NCBI GenBank assembly: GCA_951406725.2
Contig: OX597823.1
Location: 115,072,001-115,136,000 of the forward strand
Length of the DNA: 64,000 bases
Reading direction: 5' to 3'
From: Octopus vulgaris
Lineage: Eukaryota
Made by a program: the position numbers and the translations under genes. Below are positions 56,465 through 64,000 of the stretch, piece by piece. Each line of letters starts with the position of its first letter. The stretch's first letter is position 1. The notes under the pieces are model-generated. The model was not told where the DNA came from and did not search any database. It was given only the letters and a program-made list of their open reading frames with translations.

Positions 56465-56912
56465 CAACAACATCAAAAATATCTTAGGAATGAGAATCCA
56501 GATATTTGTCCTCATCTTGTTTGTTGTTAACACGTTTCGGCTGATATACCTTCCAGCCTTTATCAGGTGTCTTGAGGAAATTCCGAACCTGGGTTCTCAT
56601 TCCTTTTTCGATGTAATTATTATTATTATTATTATTATTATTGAGGTCACTGTCGGGAATTGAACTCGGAATCTTGGGGTTAGTAGCCCGCGCTCTTAAC
56701 CACTACGCCATATGAGGACACATATCCGTCAATTGTAAATAATGTAAATAATGTACATAATTCCTCATCTCTTAAATATAGAACTGTATGAGAACCCAGG
56801 TTCGAAATTTCCCCAAGACACCTGAGGAATGCTGGAAGGTATATCAGTCGTAACATTGTGTTAACAACAAACAAGATGAGGACAAATATCCGTCAAATGT
56901 AAATAATGTAAA
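56322..56912. mobile_element. Mosaic of inverted and permuted family D terminal repeats
   Basis: + 56322-56500, - 56500-56713, + 56714-56788, + 56788-56912; hammerhead copies at 56529-56571 (-) and 56817-56862 (+). Confidence 0.82.
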
Positions 56913-58538
56913 TAGTATATAGTGTAAATATTCAAACATCATCACTGTCTCTTCAAATCCTGTAGCATTTCATACGGAATGTTTAGTCATCCAAAATTGC
57001 CTCAGTATATAAGACGGCCTATTCTTTTCCGTTGTAAATTTTGGTCTTAAAAGTTCGTCTTTTAAGCCGGAAAATACGGTATGATTTTTTTCGGTCTAAT
57101 TTAAAATCATTTTCATAATTTTTAGACGAATTGTTATTCAATTTGTGGTGTTTCCCCTTTTCTCCGATTTTCTACATAATGTTGTTGTTTAGTCACAGCT
57201 TTCAGCAAATTCTGATCAAATTTTATTGAAATATAATTTTTAAAATGAATTCATTTTCTCTTAGGACGATAATAATTACTACGTCTTCATAATTGTTCTT
57301 TTTTTTTGTTGTTGCTTTTTTTCTCCCAACATTTCAGAAAGAATTGTCTCCCTTCGACACTCTTACATCACGTTCCATTATGCTGGAAATCCGCTGTCAA
57401 ATAAGAACAATAACACAGAGACACACCAAGAACATTATATTATTAGATAGACATTTTCCTTTATTTACATATTTCAAATTCAAAGTTCCTTAATTACAAT
57501 ATTGGTTTTATTAAAGTAAGCACAAGGCCCTACCTTTCTACTGGATGAAGGAATGAGAAATTGTGACATTAGTGACTGCAGTGAAATAAAATTGCATCAG
57601 GTGGGAATTGAAACCCCCTCCAATACATAGCTCACTGAGAGCTTAACTTTTATTATAGGGTGCGTTTTTCCTTTAAATACAATATTCGGGGTGAAATCAG
57701 AGCAACTTTGCTTTTTAAAACCTCGGTGAACGTTTTCAGTAAAATATTGTTATGGCAAATTGCATTTAGATTTCTTTGGGGCTTGTGTTACTCTCAACCC
57801 CCAGCTCAGCCCTTTGATCAAAAGCCCTTCAATTTTTTTTTCATCTCATTCTCTGGCACTGCATATCAAAGACTTCATTGTCCCGTCGATTTTCCAAAAC
57901 GCTAGTGGATAATTTTGTGGAGATTTAGTTGCTATTTCTAGTAACAGAGTGACCACGTAGCAGTTTTTTTTCGGTTTATATGTTACACATAGAGGTCGAA
58001 GTAAATGAAAGACATATCATTTTTTTAAATGTATATTTATTGATTCAGAGTTCCCCTTTCGGTAGCAGTCTTCGAGTTGTTCCAGATCGCGGTGATGTGA
58101 ATGTTTCTGACATAGAAGTCCATACTTCACTTCTGATCTAACGAAACGCTTCATTACAGAATGCTCCGACAGCTTACAGCTGTGAGCTGACACTAAACAT
58201 GGCATCTATTTACAGGCGGATAGACTGAGTCAGGAAAAGATTAAATGGATGGACTATAGGCACAACGCAAAGTTGTAAACAAGATACGAACTACGGTCCA
58301 CTAGGGTGGTAGTCTGACACTCTAACCACACAACCAGCAGTGACTCTGTACGCAATGATGATAGTGGTGGGCAGTTCTATGTAATAAAATAGCTTGTCTA
58401 TTTGTTTTTGCATTGTTTTTTCTAATCTATTTACAACTTTACTTCTACCTACAGTGCTGGTGTACTGGAGTACCTATATGTACATATGTACTATTGTAAC
58501 TGTAATACATATATACTGGTATAAATGTAGGACCAATA

Positions 58539-58971
58539 GGATCTTTTCGGTTTGAACGGCAGTTTTTAACATAATTTCTAGGTAACTAAAAAAATTTTAA
58601 TTCGTATACTGGTAGAATGTGTTTATAAAACATCTTTTTTTCTTGGCTTTATTGAGAAAATTCTATAGTTTGTAAGATATTGTTGTTTTTTTTTCTTCAA
58701 TTTCTGCAATTTCAACCAATCAGTGACGTCCATTGAGGTAAAAAAAAAAAAACAACATTCTGTGCTGTATGAATATGTCCCTCGTTTAAGAAACAGATTG
58801 GGTTTATTTCCATTTGTGAAGAAAAAAAAGATACCCTTCCCCCCACCCCTAACCCTAACCCTAACCCTAAAACAAATTGAAATGCAATAGATCGATACTA
58901 GGGTCATAATTATGGGTGACAATTTCATATGACACCGCTAGGAAAAACTGCCGTTCAAACCGAAAAGATCC
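58539..58971 (-). mobile_element. Second copy of the TTAGGG-containing MITE
   Basis: Same TIRs; TSD gaccaata at 58531-58538 vs gacctata at 58972-58979; (CCCTAA)4. Confidence 0.92.
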
Positions 58972-59952
58972 GACCTATATACTAATGCACTAAAATACTG
59001 GTGTACCTATAGTACTTATACACTAGTGTATTTGTAGTAGTTATTTACAAATCTTGTACTAATATTTACAGCATTTCTATACCAATATGACTATAGCAGT
59101 TATGAATCGAAATATTTACAATAATTATTTAATAATGTTTTCGTTTCATGTATATTACATCCGAGTCCAACTTTTTTGAATTAAACATTTTACGAAATTC
59201 TTCCTGAATTTTTAACAGAGTTTTTCCTGTTAGCTCAGAAGACTCATTTTCCCTAATCGTTAGAAAACAGACATTTTATGGGGGAAATGTCGACTGCAAA
59301 TTCAATCGTTATATCATATCTCTCCTGTTTTTATGTAATCATTGTCTTAAGATCATTAAGAACGATGTTTGCTTCAGAGATGATCTATCATTGGATATTA
59401 TATTTTTTTCATTCACTTCTCTGCAAAGATTTCACCCACGAACAAAGAGCGAGCTATACAGACGCACCATTGTATTATTTCCATTTGCCATTTTTGTTGT
59501 TGCAATATTTCTATTTACTGTGCAGTAGATCTTGATACAACAAAAAAAGGGCTTCAATGCCACAAAATCCCATGCCGTTTGCTTTCACAACACTATCTGA
59601 TCACAACACTACGGCTTTCTGCCAATTTTGCAAAAAAAAAAAGAAGACAAATTAATGATATTTTTTTCTGCTGTGCTTTGCTTTGTGTTACGATAAGCTA
59701 GGTTAGGAAATGCTATGATATCATTATATTATGACACATCATAAGTAATCCCTGATCGTATCATATTTTTTATATATATATATAATCTCATCTCCATCTA
59801 CAATATATTATTGTAACTCCAAACTACTCCCTAAGCCCATAGAGGTTAGAGTTTTGCTAGCAATTTTGTCAACCATTTTATATTCTTCTTTTCCTTCTAC
59901 TTCTTCCTCTTCCTCTTCCTCTTCCTCTTCCTCTTCCTCTTCCTCTTCTTTT

Positions 59953-59986
<34 letters not shown>

Positions 59987-60334
59987 TTCTTCACTTCTTT
60001 AAAATATTGGAATGTCAGTCACATTTTGTTTGTATCAAAAATTACACTACAGTTAATTTTGTATTCTTCATAAGCATTTTAATATTCACATGCGTTTATA
60101 GGTGTAGGTATATGTATGAAGATAGGCATAAAAATATGAATGTATTTGTGTATATATGTATGTATATATGTATGTAAGTATGTATATATGTATGTATGTA
60201 TGTATGTGTGTATGTATGTATGTATGTATGTATGTATGTTTGTATGTATGTATGTATATATGTATGTATGTATATATGTATGTATGTATGTTTGTATGTA
60301 TGTATGTATGTATGTATGTATATATGTATGTATG

Positions 60335-60365
<31 letters not shown>

Positions 60366-60431
60366 ATATGTATGTATGTATATATGTATGTATGTATGTA
60401 TGTGTGTATATGCATGTGTGTGTAGCACATA

Positions 60432-61010
<579 letters not shown>

Positions 61011-61244
61011 ATATATACAAACTCGCACACAAACATACAAACACACAAACATGCACACACACACACACACACACATATATCACACAGACAAACAGTTGAG
61101 TGTGAGAGAGTGAATATGTGTCCGTATAGATGACGTTATGTGGGTATATAGACACGCGCGGGCGTGTTTGTGTGCGCGGTTGTACCAATTGCCTCTCATC
61201 GCTCTGTGCTCGTTTGTGGAATGCCTGTTCTGTGGACTATATTG

Positions 61245-61279
<35 letters not shown>

Positions 61280-61966
61280 CGTGTGTCATATATTTCGGCT
61301 GAACCATTTGGCTGTTACTCTACAGTTTTCCCGGACAGGCGGTTTTACAGGCAGCCACCTGACGACTGTTTGAGGGCTTCACTGATAATACAAGTCTCCT
61401 TATGTATAAGTATATATATTCACACATACATACATTCATACATACATACATACATACATACATACATACATGCATACATACATACATACATACATACATA
61501 CATGCATGCATACATACATACATACATACATACATACATACATACATACATACATACATACATACATACATACACACATACATACAAACATACATACATA
61601 CATACATACATACATACACACTATTGGATTATCTGTTAAGCAATAAATTTCTTTGGTAGCAGATGTTTATGTGGATACATATATGCATAAATATATATGT
61701 GTGTATGTATGTGTCTGTGTGTGCTTCTTTGTGGAATGTACGTGTGATGACACACACACGTGTGTGTGTGTGTGTGTAAACACATATGTGTATTACTGCA
61801 TAAATATATATACACATATACATTATATATATGTGTGTTATCTGAATATACGAGGATATTATTGTTTATATTTTATAATATATACATACATATATATGTA
61901 TATGTGTATATATATGTATATATATATATACATACACACAAATCCTTTTTTATTGCAGAGGTCGTA

Positions 61967-62109
61967 TATGTTATATTTTCACAAGAATAGAGGTGACAGT
62001 GATTTCGAAGTTTTGACCTGCTAGCATTCATTAGACACTCCCAAGAAGGCTAACAGTCCTAAACTTCGAAGTCACTATCACTTCTTGTTTCTTGTAAAAG
62101 TATAACATA
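61967..62109. repeat. Imperfect ~143-nt hairpin
   Basis: tatgttatattttcacaagaatagaggtgacagtgatttcgaagttt pairs with aaacttcgaagtcactatcacttcttgtttcttgtaaaagtataacata. Confidence 0.75.
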
Positions 62110-63254
62110 GATATATATGTGTATGAATGTGCGCGCGTGTAGTCGTTCGTGTATGTGTGTGTATGGATATGTATATATATATATATATGCTCTTCGTATG
62201 TTCGTGTGTGTGTGTGTGAGTAAGTCTATACAGTTTGGTATTTCTGGCATATGTGATAATGTGCAACAAATATGTACTCAAATGCATGTAATAAACCTTC
62301 GATTAATTCGTTTTTTAATCAAAGGTCAGAGAAGCGACATATAATGTATATGAGACTCTACGTATACATATATAAAAACTGTGGGGAAAGAAACTGCATA
62401 AGTGGAGGGCAGGTTTAAGATATATCTTACAACTACATCTGGAGGGCAGCTTTGAGATACATCTTAGAATTGTAATGAAGTTCTATGGATTACGACTAGA
62501 GAAAATTATTATCGGACGGGGTAGAAAAATCTTATATATATATATATGTATATATGTATATATATATATATACATGTGTACATATATATTCTGATCACTA
62601 ATGGAGGCACCAGGCTCTAGGTTGGGCCAAAGTCTATAAAGTCGATCCCAGCACTTATCTGGTGTATATTTTATCGATTCCAGGAAGGAAGAAAGGCAAA
62701 ATCGATCTAAGTAGGTTTGGAACTCAGAACATAAAGGGTCGTAATAAACTACTACAAAGTGTTTAGTCCTGCAATCTACGGCTTTTTTTGTTTTGTTTTT
62801 CTTTCTTTTTTTCTTTCTTTTTTTTTTTTGATTTTTGATAATTCACCGCCATTTTATAAATTTTGCCATATACTTGTACGGTGAATGGGGTCCTTTGAGA
62901 TCAACGATCCGTTTTCATGTTTTTATTGTTTTTGATTGTGGTGATGGTGATGTTGATGGCACGGTTGACAATGGTGGTGGTAACATGGTTGACAGTGGTG
63001 ATGGTGGGAGTAGTCGTCATAGTCGTCGTCGTCGTCATCGTTGTCATCGTCGTGAAGGTACTGATGGGGGTTGTTGGTCTGGTTGTTGTATGCCTGGTGG
63101 TGGTTTAGTTGTTCATTTTTCTAACTGTTCACTGTTGCTCCATTACGGATATATACATATATATATATATATATATACGCAAACATATATACATATGCAT
63201 ATATATATATACATATATATGTGTGTGTCCGTGTACATATATATATATATACAT

Positions 63255-63287
<33 letters not shown>

Positions 63288-63412
63288 CATGCGTATAAAC
63301 ATATCCATTCAATTCTTTATAACTTTATAACTGTTACACAATTAATTATATCCTTCCTATGTATGTGTAGGTGTATATGTGTGTGTCCACAGATACATAG
63401 TTACATAGATAG

Positions 63413-63472
<60 letters not shown>

Positions 63473-63473
63473 G

Positions 63474-63556
<83 letters not shown>

Positions 63557-63913
63557 TATAAAGTAATGAATAGGTTAGGGCATCGTTACTAATAGTTTCG
63601 TATTGTTTCGTAAGTTTTACTAGACTTATATGTCCAAAGATTGTCTGAAATATTTAATGAAACATGAAAACAGGAAACCATCAGTAGCGATGTGCTAATC
63701 TATGCATTCGCTATACCGTTCTGTGAGTGTGCGTGCGTACGTGTGATTATGTGTGTGTACGTGTGTGTGAGAGAGAGTGTGTGTGTGTAATGTGTGTATG
63801 CATGCATGTGTATATAGATAATGGACAAAAATGACGAAAAGACGAATGAACTCAATGAACCTAGAGTTTTATAAGATCGTATTTGAGTGCATTTGAATGT
63901 GAGCGTAGGTATG

Positions 63914-63965
<52 letters not shown>

Positions 63966-64000
63966 ACAGGATATCAAGAGGTGATGCAGTACGACCGTTT

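Noticed and set aside
55735-56713. Functional tRNA genes (also the SINE A, B and C heads)
   Set aside because: A and B boxes are present but there is no acceptor stem; all are embedded in repeats.

Overview
AT-rich, microsatellite-saturated eukaryotic non-coding DNA. The repeat families look like those of an octopus (coleoid cephalopod) genome; this is an inference from family resemblance. I find no intact host protein-coding gene, and almost all ORFs in the track are simple-repeat artefacts. The window is a graveyard of mobile elements. It holds three tRNA-headed SINE families: A carries an internal microsatellite, B has tandem ~184-bp units, and C has swappable 3' halves. It also holds Tc1, mariner and maT transposase relics, a Helitron, two copies of an 8-bp-TSD MITE carrying (TTAGGG)n, and remnants of RTE, R4/Dong-like and Tx1/L1-like LINEs and of Penelope-like elements (PLE). 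The most striking hidden structure is about a dozen type-I hammerhead-ribozyme motifs in unrelated sequence contexts, several with CCGAnGA or UUGAnAA core variants. One PLE at 55.6-56.9 kb has a terminal repeat that combines a tRNA-like Pol III unit, an (AAT)n tract and a hammerhead, rearranged into inverted copies. Long inverted repeats that could form dsRNA are also frequent. Coordinates were read by eye, and edges may be off by a few to tens of bases.
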